This document shows positions 27,948-38,742 of a DNA stretch of 39,128 bases, piece by piece. The stretch comes from Gammaproteobacteria bacterium. GTDB taxonomy: Bacteria; Pseudomonadota; Gammaproteobacteria; Eutrophobiales; Eutrophobiaceae. The position numbers and the translations under genes were made by a program. Each line of letters begins with the position of its first letter. Within the stretch, counting starts at the first letter, position 1. Below the pieces are notes generated by a model, which was not told the origin of the DNA, did not search any database, and worked only from the letters and a program-made list of their open reading frames with translations. The stretch is from NCBI GenBank assembly GCA_003645215.1, contig QNEM01000003.1:1-39128 (forward strand), in the 5' to 3' direction.

Positions 27948-30563
27948 GTGCTTGAAGCGTACCGTAAACATGTGGCGGAAAGAGCTGCAGATGGCATCGT
28001 GCCACAACCGCTTAACGAGGAACAAACAGCCTCTTTAGTAAATTTGTTGAAGAATCCTCCCGCTGGAGAAGAAGAATTTATCCTCGATCTCATCACTAAT
28101 CGTGTGCCCGCAGGTGTCGATCAAGCAGCTTACGTCAAGGCCGGCTTTCTGGCCGCCATCAGTAAAGGTGAAGCAGAGTCTCCACTCATTGATAAAGTAA
28201 AAGCAATTGAGTTATTGGGTACCATGCTCGGTGGCTACAACATCGCGCCGATGATTGATGCGCTGGATGATGAAGCACTCGCAGCTACCGCGGTCAATGC
28301 CCTGTCACATACCTTGTTGATGTTTGATGCATTTCATGATGTTAAGGAAAAAATGGATGCAGGGAATCAATATGCCAAACAAATTATGGAATCCTGGGCT
28401 GAAGCTGAATGGTTTACCAGTAAGCCTGAATTGGCTGAAAAAATTACCGTTACCGTATTCAAGGTTACCGGTGAAACCAATACCGATGATCTTTCACCAG
28501 CGCCGGATGCATGGACACGTCCTGACATCCCGTTGCACGCACTTGCCATGTTAAAGATGGATCGTGATGGCATTGAGCCTGATGAGGCGGGCAGTATCGG
28601 CCCCATCAAGCAAATCGAAGCACTAAAGGAAAAAGGTCATCCGCTTGCCTACGTTGGCGACGTTGTAGGGACTGGCTCTTCACGTAAATCAGCGACCAAT
28701 TCTGTACTATGGCATATGGGCAATGACATTCCCTTTATTCCAAACAAACGAAATGGTGGCTATTGTCTCGGTGGCAAGATCGCACCAATATTTTTTAACA
28801 CCATGGAAGATTCAGGTGCACTACCCATAGAGTGTGATGTAGAGAAAATGAATATGGGCGATGTCATTGATATCTACCCCTATGAAGGCGTCATCAAAAA
28901 CAACGAAACAGGTAAAACCCTCTGTGAGTTTTCACTGAAGACTGATATTTTGCTGGATGAATCACAGGCAGGAGGCCGTATTCCACTGATTATCGGACGT
29001 GGACTGACAACGCGTGCACGTGAGGCACTATCCCTGGGTGAAACAGGTTTATTTCGTAAACCTGTGCCAGCTGAAGATACGGGTAAAGGTTTTACCCTGG
29101 CTCAGAAAATGGTTGGTAAGGCCTGTGGCGTGGATGGTATTCGTCCTGACACATATTGCGAGCCCAGGATGACAACCGTTGGCTCACAGGATACCACCGG
29201 GCCTATGACACGCGATGAACTCAAGGATCTTGCCTGTCTCGGATTCTCTGCTGATCTGACCATGCAGTCTTTCTGTCACACAGCGGCCTATCCAAAACCT
29301 GTTGATGAAATAACCCATCACACCCTGCCTGATTTCATTATGACGCGTGGCGGTGTTTCCTTACGCCCGGGTGATGGGATTATTCATTCCTGGCTGAACC
29401 GCATGCTATTACCAGATACCGTTGGTACTGGTGGTGATTCACACACACGTTTCCCTATTGGTATTTCATTCCCGGCAGGTTCAGGGCTGGTGGCCTTTGC
29501 CGCTGCAACGGGCGTCATGCCACTGGATATGCCTGAATCTATTCTGGTACGTTTCAAGGGTGAATTACAACCGGGCATTACCTTACGTGATCTGGTCAAT
29601 GCGATTCCACTAAAAGCCATAGAAATGGGACTGCTTACTGTTGAAAAAGAAGGCAAGGTTAATGCCTTTTCTGGTCGTATTCTGGAGATCGAAGGTCTGC
29701 CCGATCTGAAAATTGAGCAGGCATTCGAACTGTCTGATGCATCTGCCGAACGCTCGGCAGCAGCTTGTACCATTAAACTGAATAAAGAACCCATCATCGA
29801 GTATCTGAATTCCAATATCACCATGTTGCGTTGGATGATCGCCAATGATTATGGCGATCCTCGCACACTGGAACGCCGGGCGCTGGCCATGGAAGAATGG
29901 ATCAAGAACCCGCAGTTGATGGAAGCGGATGAAGATGCTGAATATGCCGAGATTATCGATATTGATATTTCAGAGATTAAAGAGCCGATTCTTGCATGCC
30001 CTAACGATCCGGACGATGTAAAGACATTGGCTGATGTTGCCGGCACCAAGATTGATGAGGTCTTTCTAGGTTCATGCATGACCAATATTGGTCACTTCCG
30101 TGCCGCAGGTAAATTACTCGAACAGTACGGTGAAAAAATACCTACCCGCTTATGGGTGGTGCCCCCGACCAAGATGGATGAGAAACAACTAAAGGATGAA
30201 GGATATTACGATATCTATGATGCGGCAGGTGCCAGGACCGAAATGCCCGGTTGTTCTCTGTGTATGGGTAATCAGGCACGTGTCGAAGCGAAATCCACGG
30301 TAGTCTCAACATCAACACGTAACTTCCCGAATCGTTTGGGAGATGGTGCTAACGTTTATTTATCATCAGCAGAAGTCGCTGCCGTGGTTTCAATACTCGG
30401 CAAGATTCCCACTTATGAGGAATATATGAAATTTGCTGAGAAAATAGACCCCATGGCCGATGACATTTATCGTTACCTGAATTTCGATCAGGTTGATGAC
30501 TATCAGGAAGCGGCATCAAGGGCAGCTGCTAAACTTGCTGAAATCCCGGTGAAAGTTGCATAA
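27948..30563 (+). CDS. acnB: Aconitate hydratase B
   Basis: GTG at 27948 after an AGGAG RBS gives [14 protein letters not shown]. Motifs [33 protein letters not shown] and [11 protein letters not shown]. Confidence 0.97.
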   Translation: MLEAYRKHVAERAADGIVPQPLNEEQTASLVNLLKNPPAGEEEFILDLITNRVPAGVDQAAYVKAGFLAAISKGEAESPLIDKVKAIELLGTMLGGYNIAPMIDALDDEALAATAVNALSHTLLMFDAFHDVKEKMDAGNQYAKQIMESWAEAEWFTSKPELAEKITVTVFKVTGETNTDDLSPAPDAWTRPDIPLHALAMLKMDRDGIEPDEAGSIGPIKQIEALKEKGHPLAYVGDVVGTGSSRKSATNSVLWHMGNDIPFIPNKRNGGYCLGGKIAPIFFNTMEDSGALPIECDVEKMNMGDVIDIYPYEGVIKNNETGKTLCEFSLKTDILLDESQAGGRIPLIIGRGLTTRAREALSLGETGLFRKPVPAEDTGKGFTLAQKMVGKACGVDGIRPDTYCEPRMTTVGSQDTTGPMTRDELKDLACLGFSADLTMQSFCHTAAYPKPVDEITHHTLPDFIMTRGGVSLRPGDGIIHSWLNRMLLPDTVGTGGDSHTRFPIGISFPAGSGLVAFAAATGVMPLDMPESILVRFKGELQPGITLRDLVNAIPLKAIEMGLLTVEKEGKVNAFSGRILEIEGLPDLKIEQAFELSDASAERSAAACTIKLNKEPIIEYLNSNITMLRWMIANDYGDPRTLERRALAMEEWIKNPQLMEADEDAEYAEIIDIDISEIKEPILACPNDPDDVKTLADVAGTKIDEVFLGSCMTNIGHFRAAGKLLEQYGEKIPTRLWVVPPTKMDEKQLKDEGYYDIYDAAGARTEMPGCSLCMGNQARVEAKSTVVSTSTRNFPNRLGDGANVYLSSAEVAAVVSILGKIPTYEEYMKFAEKIDPMADDIYRYLNFDQVDDYQEAASRAAAKLAEIPVKVA

Positions 30564-30583
30564 CAACAGCAGGTTAAAAAAAT

Positions 30584-30612
30584 AAAAGGGGCGGTTCTCA
30601 CCGCCCTTTTTT
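30584..30612 (+). terminator. Rho-independent terminator of acnB
   Basis: AAAAGGGGCGGT-TCTC-ACCGCCC-TTTTTT, about 20 bp after the stop codon. Confidence 0.85.
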
Positions 30613-30721
30613 ATGTACAGGGACGTACTGTCAGGATTATTGTTCCTGACTAATCCTAAGTGCCTACATCCGTGTAGGCACTGTCGTGGGCGCATGGATG
30701 CGCGAGAGCGGCTATGTACAG
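30612..30721. repeat. Modular multi-hairpin intergenic element bounded by the 9-bp direct repeat TATGTACAG
   Basis: TATGTACAG at 30612-30620 and 30713-30721. Hairpins GTAC-AGGGAC-GTAC, GTCAGGA-N7-TCCTGAC, AGTGCCTACA-TCCG-TGTAGGCACT and GCGC-ATGGAT-GCGC. Confidence 0.75.
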
Positions 30722-30735
30722 CTATATGGATATTG

Positions 30736-31194
30736 CTAACAATACTTTTTTATATATTTTTTATACTTCAATTCTTCAGCCTTACGTTCTTCATCAGTGA
30801 TTATTTCCGGATTATTCGGATCATCCGTTGGCCGGTATAGAAAGCTGGCATCTTTTATTTCCTGTAGTTCTTTTCTTGCCTCTGCACATATTTTCATTTG
30901 CTCTTCTTTCTTTCCTTTTTCTTCTTTTTTCAAGACATTCCTTTCATCACGTTCCTGTTGCATTACATTCAGCAATTTATTTTGTCTTTCATTTCGTCCC
31001 TGTACTACCGGATCCTGTACAGGAGCACTTTTTATTTTAATTTTATCGGCATCACTTGATCTTGGTTTATCGCCGTAGACTACTTTTCCATTTTCATCAG
31101 TCCATTTGTAAACCTCTGCATTTGCATTACTTACACAGAACAGAAAGAAGGTAATGATAAAAAATTTAGCGGGGGTATCTATGTAAATCAGCAT
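30736..31194 (-). CDS. DUF4124-domain exported protein
   Basis: Signal peptide (..SNANA) followed by EVYKWTDENGKVVYGDKP and a coiled C-terminus with two Cys. Start uncertain; the ORF extends to 31290. Confidence 0.82.
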   Translation of the reverse strand: MLIYIDTPAKFFIITFFLFCVSNANAEVYKWTDENGKVVYGDKPRSSDADKIKIKSAPVQDPVVQGRNERQNKLLNVMQQERDERNVLKKEEKGKKEEQMKICAEARKELQEIKDASFLYRPTDDPNNPEIITDEERKAEELKYKKYIKKYC

Positions 31195-31392
31195 AAATAT
31201 GTTTTCTTTTCTATTAACACTAAAACCAGACTGAATCCTGCTCGAATTGTCCCTGTCTAACCTGGACTCTATCGCTGCTTTAAGCTCCATGCAAATAGAT
31301 GCCTAATCCGGGTGACATCAACCAACGATTGTGGAACACTAAGAGCACATAATTGGAACACCCAAAATACATAATACGAAGAGGAACAAGCT

Positions 31393-32688
31393 TTGGCGAT
31401 CAATATAGACATTCCATCCGATGGAGCAAAAATAACCGTTGAAAATGGCAAACTTGATGTGCCTGATAACCCTGTCATCCCTTACATTGAGGGTGATGGT
31501 ATTGGCCCTGATGTATGGGCAGCGACCGTCAGGGTTCTGGATGCAGCCGTAGAAAAATCCTCACAAGGAGCCCGCAAGATTCACTGGGCAGAGGTCTATG
31601 CCGGAGAGAAAGCAAATCAGCTTTGTGGTAGCTGGTTACCTGACGAAACACTGGATACCTGCAGAGAATATCTGGTTGCTATCAAGGGACCATTAACCAC
31701 ACCGATCGGCGGCGGTATCCGGTCTCTTAATGTTGCCCTAAGACAAATTCTTGATCTTTACGTATGTCTCAGACCCATACGTTGGTATTCAGGTGTACCT
31801 TCACCTATCAAACATCCTGAGCTGGTTGATATGGTGATATTCAGGGAAAATACCGAGGATATATATGCTGGTATTGAGTTTGAAAGTGGTTCTGATGAAA
31901 ATAATCGCTTTCTGGAATTATTTAAGGAAGCATTTCCAAACCAGTATCAAAAAATTCGTTTTCCGGAATCGTCTGGAATAGGCATCAAAGCAGTTTCAAA
32001 AGAGGGTACTGAAAGACTGGTCAAGGCAGCGATCCAGTACGCAATCGACAATAATAGAAAAAGTATTACCCTGGTGCACAAGGGTAACATTATGAAATTT
32101 ACTGAAGGTGCTTTCAGAAACTGGGGTTACCAGCTTGCTGAAGCAGAATTCAGCGATCACACCTATACCTGGGATCAGTGGGAACGTACTCAGGCAGAGA
32201 AAGGACAAGATGCTGCGGATAAGGAACAAAAAGAAGCACTGGATTCTGGAAAAATTCTTGTCAAGGATGCCATCGCCGATATTACATTACAGCAGGTACT
32301 TACACGGCCAAAAGATTTTGACGTGATTGCAACAATGAACCTGAATGGTGACTATCTTTCCGATGCACTGGCCGCACAGGTAGGTGGGATTGGTATCGCA
32401 CCAGGTGGTAATATAAACTATGACACGGGCCATGCGATCTTCGAGGCCACCCATGGCACAGCACCAAAATATACAAATCTCGACAAGGTAAATCCGGGTT
32501 CATTGATTCTGTCAGGTGAAATGATGTTGCGTTATCTGGGTTGGACAGATGCAGCTGATCTCGTCATTAGCGCCATGGATGCGACGATCAGACAAAAAAC
32601 TGTTACATATGACTTTGCCAGATTGATGGATAAGGCAACAGAAGTTAAATGCAGTGAATTTGCTGATGCCATGATTTCAAACATGTAA
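31393..32688 (+). CDS. icd: Dimeric NADP-type isocitrate dehydrogenase with Bacillus-type insert
   Basis: [27 protein letters not shown] (Ser113 equivalent), [17 protein letters not shown] and [10 protein letters not shown] start after GAGGA. Confidence 0.96.
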   Translation: MAINIDIPSDGAKITVENGKLDVPDNPVIPYIEGDGIGPDVWAATVRVLDAAVEKSSQGARKIHWAEVYAGEKANQLCGSWLPDETLDTCREYLVAIKGPLTTPIGGGIRSLNVALRQILDLYVCLRPIRWYSGVPSPIKHPELVDMVIFRENTEDIYAGIEFESGSDENNRFLELFKEAFPNQYQKIRFPESSGIGIKAVSKEGTERLVKAAIQYAIDNNRKSITLVHKGNIMKFTEGAFRNWGYQLAEAEFSDHTYTWDQWERTQAEKGQDAADKEQKEALDSGKILVKDAIADITLQQVLTRPKDFDVIATMNLNGDYLSDALAAQVGGIGIAPGGNINYDTGHAIFEATHGTAPKYTNLDKVNPGSLILSGEMMLRYLGWTDAADLVISAMDATIRQKTVTYDFARLMDKATEVKCSEFADAMISNM

Positions 32689-32702
32689 GCAGAATATTTT
32701 CG

Positions 32703-34418
32703 ATGGCAAAAATGCCAGATAAAGAGCTGATCACCGAATCATCACAGATCATCTATGATGGCTTTATTCATTACAATGATGTATTTCATCGAATAACACG
32801 ACGTGCCAGGACCCGCTTCGAAAAGCGTGACTGGCAAGGCCATCAACAGGATATCGTTGAGCGCGTAGATCTATACGAAAAATCTGTTAGACGCATTGTT
32901 CTGGAGTTAAGAAGGCTTCTGGGCGCTCGCGTTAAAGATCATGAACTCTGGAATTCGATCCGCTCCTATTTTGGCAGGCGACTTGAGAAGGTTCCTGATG
33001 CCGGCTTTATCAAGACCTTCTTTAATTCGGTTACCAGAAGAATTTTTGACACAGCTGGTACAGATACCCGGCTCGAGTTTGTTTCAGTAGACCTTTATGC
33101 CGATATTGAGTTGGTGTATTCGCTAAATCTAAAACGCTATCCTTTCTGGGGTTCCGCTGAAAAAATCTTTGCAGCAATACTTAATGATTTCTCATTCAGG
33201 GTCCCTTATGCAAAATCAATTAGCAGTGACATTGAACAATTTGTTGAGTCAAATTTCAGCAGAAATAACGAATATTTAAGATTTGAATTTATCGACTCGT
33301 TTTTTTATCAATCAGCACGAGCTTATCTCATCGGCAGAATTGTGACGCACAATAGCGTTTCACCGATTGTAATTGCATTTAAAAATACCGACAGGGGAAT
33401 TATCATTGATGCAGTGCTGACCTCCGAAGTAGAAGTCAGTATTGTGTTTAGTTATACCCGTTCCTATTACTTCGCTGATCCAAACTCAGTGGTTGGTGCG
33501 GTACATTTTATTCATTCCATATTGCCTAAAAAACCGATAGACGAACTTTACACTGTTTTAGGCAGGCTACGGCAAGGCAAGACTGAAAGACACAGAATCT
33601 TTACCGAGCATTTGAAGTCGACATCTGATCAATTCGTACATACTGATGGTGATGAAGGGCTGGTGATGATTGTATTTACCCTGCCTTCCTATGATTTGGT
33701 CTTTAAAATTATCAGGGACAAATTTGGATACCCTAAAACGATTACTCGTGGTGAAGTTATCGAAAAATACAAACTTGTATCCAAACATGATCGGGCCGGA
33801 CGTTTGATTGATACACAGGAATTCCTCAATCTGAAGTTTCCAGTCAAGCGTTTTTCCAAAGAACTTCTGGATGAATTGTTACAGGATGCATCAGATACTG
33901 TAGAGATTATTGATGATAATTTACTGTTTAAGCATGTCTATATAGAGCGTCGCGTACGACCACTTAATCTGTATCTTAATGAAGTCAGCCGTGAAAAAGC
34001 AGAACTCGCTATTCTGGACTATGGGCAGGCAATAAAAGATCTCGCACGAACCAATATCTTTCCCGGGGATTTATTATTAAAAAATTTTGGTGTTACCAGA
34101 CACCGTCGAATCCTCTTCTATGACTACGATGAGGTCAGTCTGATCACTGAGTGTAATTTCCGGGATATACCACAAACCAATGATGATATAGATGAAATGC
34201 GTTCAGAGTCATGGTACTTCGTTGGTGAGCACGACATGTTCCCTGAAGAATTCATAAAATTTCTATCTATGGACAAGGAACTACGTTCGCTTTTCCTTGT
34301 GGTTCATGGTGAATTATTAACCGCAGAATACTGGCGAGAAATCCAGGCAATGCATCGGTCTGGTAAGGTCTCACTGGTGGTTCCTTATGATCGGCCTAAA
34401 TTACCTCACAACAGCTGA
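32703..34418 (+). CDS. aceK: Isocitrate dehydrogenase kinase/phosphatase
   Basis: TFFNSV, GKTE, GLVMIVFTLPSYDLVFKIIRD, KHDRAGRLIDTQEF and IFPGDLLLKNFGVTRHRRILFYDYDE. Confidence 0.95.
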   Translation: MAKMPDKELITESSQIIYDGFIHYNDVFHRITRRARTRFEKRDWQGHQQDIVERVDLYEKSVRRIVLELRRLLGARVKDHELWNSIRSYFGRRLEKVPDAGFIKTFFNSVTRRIFDTAGTDTRLEFVSVDLYADIELVYSLNLKRYPFWGSAEKIFAAILNDFSFRVPYAKSISSDIEQFVESNFSRNNEYLRFEFIDSFFYQSARAYLIGRIVTHNSVSPIVIAFKNTDRGIIIDAVLTSEVEVSIVFSYTRSYYFADPNSVVGAVHFIHSILPKKPIDELYTVLGRLRQGKTERHRIFTEHLKSTSDQFVHTDGDEGLVMIVFTLPSYDLVFKIIRDKFGYPKTITRGEVIEKYKLVSKHDRAGRLIDTQEFLNLKFPVKRFSKELLDELLQDASDTVEIIDDNLLFKHVYIERRVRPLNLYLNEVSREKAELAILDYGQAIKDLARTNIFPGDLLLKNFGVTRHRRILFYDYDEVSLITECNFRDIPQTNDDIDEMRSESWYFVGEHDMFPEEFIKFLSMDKELRSLFLVVHGELLTAEYWREIQAMHRSGKVSLVVPYDRPKLPHNS

Positions 34419-34441
34419 ACATTTAAACCACATACGCCATA

Positions 34442-34480
34442 AACAGAACCCGATACTGCCAGGCAGTATCGGGTTCTGTT
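34442..34480. terminator. Perfect 19-bp inverted repeat; probable bidirectional terminator between convergent aceK and aceA
   Basis: AACAGAACCCGATACTGCC-A-GGCAGTATCGGGTTCTGTT. Confidence 0.75.
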
Positions 34481-34498
34481 AAATCCTGTTCGACAGTA

Positions 34499-35788
34499 TT
34501 ATTTAGAGTCGAACTGTGCTTCTTCAGTAGAACCGGTTAATGCGGTTACAGAAGATGCACCACCTTGAATCACAGTGGTCACATCATCAAAGTAACCAGC
34601 GCCAACTTCCTGCTGATGGCTTGCAAATGTGTAACCCTGTTCTGCTGCTGCAAATTCAGGTTCCTGAACCTGTTCAACATAGGCAGTCATACCACGTTCC
34701 ATATAATCGCGGGTCAGGTTGAACATGTTGTACCACATGTTGTGAATACCGGCCAAAGTGATGAACTGGTATTTGTAACCCATGGCACCCAGTTCTTTCT
34801 GGAACTTGGCAATCGTTGCATCGTCAAGATTTTTCTTCCAGTTGAAAGAAGGTGAACAGTTATAAGCCAACAACTGGCCAGGATGTTCCTTACGAACAGC
34901 TTCAGCAAATTTCTTGGCTTCATCTAAACTAGGAACCGCAGTTTCACACCAAAGTAAATCTGCATAAGGTGCGTAAGCAATACCACGAGCAATCGCCTGA
35001 TCAATACCCGCGTTGGTTATATAAAAACCTTCTGGAGTACGTTCACCGGTGACAAATGGCATATCACGTTCATCAACGTCAGATGTCAACAAGTTAGCTG
35101 CATTTGCATCTGTACGCGCAAGCACGATGGTTGGAACACCCATGGTGTCTGCTGCCAAACGGGCAGAGATCAATTTCTGAATTGCTTCCTGGGTAGGCAC
35201 AAGAACCTTGCCACCCATATGACCACATTTCTTCACGGAAGCCAGCTGATCCTCAAAATGCGCACCAGCAGCACCTGCTTCAATCATGCCTTTCATCAAT
35301 TCAAAAGCATTCAATACACCACCAAAACCGGCTTCGGCGTCGGCAACAATAGGTGCAAAGTAATCAATATCGTTATTACCCTTTGCCCACTGAATTTCAT
35401 CAGCGCGGCGGAAGGTATTATTGATACGCTTGACCATGGTTGGCACTGAATTGTAAGCATAGAGAGATTGATCCGGGTACATGGTTTCTGATGTATTACC
35501 ATCAGCAGCAACCTGCCAACCAGACAGGTAAATAGCCTTGATGACACCTTTTACCTGTTGCATTGCCTGACCTGCAGTAATCGCACCCATGCAATTTACA
35601 TAGCTGTCTTCCTCATTAACAAGATCCCAGAGCTTTTCAGCACCACGGGTCGCCAATGTGTATTCTTCTATTATAGAACCACGCAGACGCACTACGTCCT
35701 CAGCACTGTAATCGCGCGTAACATTTGCCCAGCGCGGGTTTTCAGCCCAATCTTTCTCCAGCTGCTTGATTTGTTCTTGTCTCGACAT
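34499..35788 (-). CDS. aceA: Isocitrate lyase
   Basis: [25 protein letters not shown], catalytic [19 protein letters not shown] and HQQEVG. ATG at 35788 or 35791 after GGAGG. Confidence 0.97.
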   Translation of the reverse strand: MSRQEQIKQLEKDWAENPRWANVTRDYSAEDVVRLRGSIIEEYTLATRGAEKLWDLVNEEDSYVNCMGAITAGQAMQQVKGVIKAIYLSGWQVAADGNTSETMYPDQSLYAYNSVPTMVKRINNTFRRADEIQWAKGNNDIDYFAPIVADAEAGFGGVLNAFELMKGMIEAGAAGAHFEDQLASVKKCGHMGGKVLVPTQEAIQKLISARLAADTMGVPTIVLARTDANAANLLTSDVDERDMPFVTGERTPEGFYITNAGIDQAIARGIAYAPYADLLWCETAVPSLDEAKKFAEAVRKEHPGQLLAYNCSPSFNWKKNLDDATIAKFQKELGAMGYKYQFITLAGIHNMWYNMFNLTRDYMERGMTAYVEQVQEPEFAAAEQGYTFASHQQEVGAGYFDDVTTVIQGGASSVTALTGSTEEAQFDSK

Positions 35789-35944
35789 CATTCCTCCCAC
35801 TTCTTCAATAATATAAACATTTTAATAGCCTAAATTTTTCAGCCGGCGATCATCGCACAAATCCCCCCCTCCTGCTAGGGAAACACACCGTAATCAGCAA
35901 TAAACCCGGCAAATTGTCATTGTCATGAATTTGCAGTTTGGGCA

Positions 35945-35957
35945 TAAATCATTGATT
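35945..35957 (-). promoter_or_regulatory. Candidate IHF binding site in the divergent aceA/clpS promoter region
   Basis: Minus-strand AATCAATGATTTA matches the IHF consensus WATCAANNNNTTR, with AT-rich flanks. Confidence 0.45.
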
Positions 35958-36072
35958 TTTTATTAATATTCAAAAACCTATCAAAGATAATGAATAAATA
36001 CCCTAACTTGGGTGGCATCCACGTATTTGCGCAGTATAATCAAGGCTAATACAGCAAAAAATGTAACACAAC

Positions 36073-36393
36073 ATGACAAAAGAGATTGATCACCATCAAG
36101 AAGGCGGTATCGCAGTACAGGAGGCGAAACCCAGGCTCAAGGTTCCTGCACTGTACAAAGTCATCCTCAACAACGATGACTACACCCCTATGGATTTTGT
36201 GGTGGAGATCCTGGAAGGTTTCTTCAGTTTGAATATAGAGGCTGCCACACGAATCATGTTAGATGTACACAAAAGCGGCAAAGGAGTATGTGGTATTTTT
36301 AGTCGGGAAATCGCGGAAACAAAAGTAGCTCAGGTCAATAATTATTCACGAGAAAATCAACACCCCCTTCTCTGTACTATGGAAAAAGAATAA
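36073..36393 (+). CDS. clpS: Clp protease adaptor ClpS
   Basis: [41 protein letters not shown]. Confidence 0.97.
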   Translation: MTKEIDHHQEGGIAVQEAKPRLKVPALYKVILNNDDYTPMDFVVEILEGFFSLNIEAATRIMLDVHKSGKGVCGIFSREIAETKVAQVNNYSRENQHPLLCTMEKE

Positions 36394-36405
36394 GGAGAGA
36401 GCGTT

Positions 36406-38673
36406 ATGTTGGATAAAGATCTTGAAATAACACTGAATACCGTTTTCAATGAAGCGCGTGACAGACGCCATGAATATGTCACAGTTGAACACCTGTTACT
36501 TGCCTTACTGGATAACACCTCTGCCGCACATGTGCTCAAAGCCTGTGGTGCTAACCTGAACGTGTTACATGGTGAATTAAGCAAATTTATCCAGGAGAAC
36601 TCACCACTGCTGACTGAAGGCGATGAGCACGATACACAGCCCACATTAGGCTTCCAACGAGTATTGCAGCGTGCTGTTTTCCATGTGCAATCATCAGGTA
36701 GAAAAGAAGTCAAGGGTGCAAACGTCCTGATCGCCATTTTTGGAGAACGAGAATCACATGCTGCTTATTTCCTCAGCCAACAGGAAGTCAGTCGTCTGGA
36801 TGTGGTTAATTATATATCTCATGGTATTGCGAAAATATCTGAAGATGAACATGACAATGAAGCAGAACCAGTCGAAGAAGATCTCGCCGGAGATGAACCC
36901 GGTACTACCCCACTGGAAAAATATGCGGTCAATCTGAATCAACAGGCAGAACTGGGAAAAATTGATCCACTGATAGGAAGACAACACGAAGTAGAACGGA
37001 CCATCCAGATCCTTTGTCGTCGGAGAAAAAACAACCCGCTTTACGTTGGTGAGGCAGGCGTTGGCAAGACTGCAATTGCCGAAGGCCTGGCCAAAAAAAT
37101 CGTCGATGGGGAAGTCCCTGATGTGCTTGCCGGGAATGTTATCTATTCACTCGATCTTGGGGCATTGCTCGCGGGCACAAAGTATCGTGGTGATTTTGAG
37201 AAACGCCTTAAAAATATCATCTCCCAACTCGAGAAAACAGAGGGTTCAGTACTGTTTATCGATGAGATCCACAGCATCATCGGTGCCGGTGCCGCTTCAG
37301 GTGGGGTGATGGATGCTTCAAATATTATCAAACCTGTGCTGGCTTCCGGGGATATTAAATGTATCGGTTCCACAACTTATCAGGAATATCGAGGTATCTT
37401 TGAAAAGGATCGTGCGCTCGCCAGACGCTTTCAAAAAATCGACGTCTCTGAACCAACTATTAACGAAACAGTAAAAATTCTTGAAGGTTTAAAATCAAGG
37501 TTTGAAGAACACCATCAAATTAAATATACGCACCAGGCATTACGGTCTGCTGTAGAACTCACCGATCGTTACATTACCGATCGGCATCTGCCTGACAAGG
37601 CCATTGATATCATCGATGAAGCCGGTGCATCTCAACAATTATTGCCCGCTTCTCGCAGAAAAAAATCTATCGGCGTTCATGACATAGAAAATATGGTTGC
37701 CAAGATTGCCAGGATACCTGCAAAAAATATAACTTCATCGGATAAGGACGTGATGAAAAATCTTGAACGCAATCTGAAGATGGTCGTATTTGGTCAGGAT
37801 GAGGCCATCAGCACATTAAGCAGTGCCATTAAGATGGCCCGCTCAGGCCTGGGTGACATACAACAGCCTGTTGGTTCATTCTTGTTTGCAGGGCCCACCG
37901 GTGTCGGCAAGACCGAAATCACAAAACAACTTGCGGGCATAATGGGCATTGAGCTAATCCGTTTTGATATGTCCGAGTATATGGAGCGCCACACCGTTTA
38001 TCGTTTGATCGGTGCACCTCCGGGTTATGTTGGCTTTGATCAAGGTGGCTTGCTCACGGAAGAAATAAATAAACATCCGCACTCGGTTCTGTTACTGGAC
38101 GAAGTTGAAAAGGCCCATCCTGATGTATTTAATCTATTACTGCAGGTCATGGATCATGGCACACTCACGGACACCAATGGACGTAAAACTGATTTTCGAA
38201 ATGTCATTATTGTCATGACCACCAATGCCGGTGCAGAACGTATCAGTCGTGCCTCAGTCGGATTCACACATCAGGACCATAGCAGCGATGCCATGGAAGC
38301 AATTAAAAGGACCTTTAGTCCTGAATTCAGAAATCGTTTGAATGCCATCATTCAATTCAACGCACTGGATGCAAAAACAATTGCTAATGTGGTTGATAAA
38401 TTTATCGTTGAACTGGAAGCCCAGCTGGATGGCAAAAAGGTACTTATTGATGTCGATGAATCTGCCAGAAAATGGTTAGGAACACATGGCTACGACAAAA
38501 ATATGGGGGCCAGACCCATGGCAAGACTGATTCAGGACAAGATCAAGAAACCCCTGGCCGAGGAAATACTTTTCGGCAAACTTGAACATGGTGGTCAGGT
38601 ACTGGTCAGTGAAAAAGATGATCAGCTCACCATTGAAGTACTGGAAAAAGAGACAGCAGCAGCGACAGTCTAA
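36406..38673 (+). CDS. clpA: Clp protease ATP-binding subunit ClpA
   Basis: HEYVTVEHLLLALL N-domain, two AAA modules (GEAGVGKT, GPTGVGKT) and no ClpB M-domain; follows clpS. Confidence 0.97.
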   Translation: MLDKDLEITLNTVFNEARDRRHEYVTVEHLLLALLDNTSAAHVLKACGANLNVLHGELSKFIQENSPLLTEGDEHDTQPTLGFQRVLQRAVFHVQSSGRKEVKGANVLIAIFGERESHAAYFLSQQEVSRLDVVNYISHGIAKISEDEHDNEAEPVEEDLAGDEPGTTPLEKYAVNLNQQAELGKIDPLIGRQHEVERTIQILCRRRKNNPLYVGEAGVGKTAIAEGLAKKIVDGEVPDVLAGNVIYSLDLGALLAGTKYRGDFEKRLKNIISQLEKTEGSVLFIDEIHSIIGAGAASGGVMDASNIIKPVLASGDIKCIGSTTYQEYRGIFEKDRALARRFQKIDVSEPTINETVKILEGLKSRFEEHHQIKYTHQALRSAVELTDRYITDRHLPDKAIDIIDEAGASQQLLPASRRKKSIGVHDIENMVAKIARIPAKNITSSDKDVMKNLERNLKMVVFGQDEAISTLSSAIKMARSGLGDIQQPVGSFLFAGPTGVGKTEITKQLAGIMGIELIRFDMSEYMERHTVYRLIGAPPGYVGFDQGGLLTEEINKHPHSVLLLDEVEKAHPDVFNLLLQVMDHGTLTDTNGRKTDFRNVIIVMTTNAGAERISRASVGFTHQDHSSDAMEAIKRTFSPEFRNRLNAIIQFNALDAKTIANVVDKFIVELEAQLDGKKVLIDVDESARKWLGTHGYDKNMGARPMARLIQDKIKKPLAEEILFGKLEHGGQVLVSEKDDQLTIEVLEKETAAATV

Positions 38674-38742
38674 ATTTATATTTTTTGTCTTAAAGAAGAT
38701 TTGTTTCTTGAAATCACTGGTGTTTAGCCCATCCCCATTAAT

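Noticed and set aside
30613-30840. 75-aa plus-strand ORF
   Set aside because: It runs through the hairpin cassette and antisense into the DUF4124 gene; no RBS or recognisable motif.
36010-36030. Sigma-54 promoter upstream of clpS (TGGCA...TTGC)
   Set aside because: GG-to-GC spacing is 13 nt instead of the required 10.
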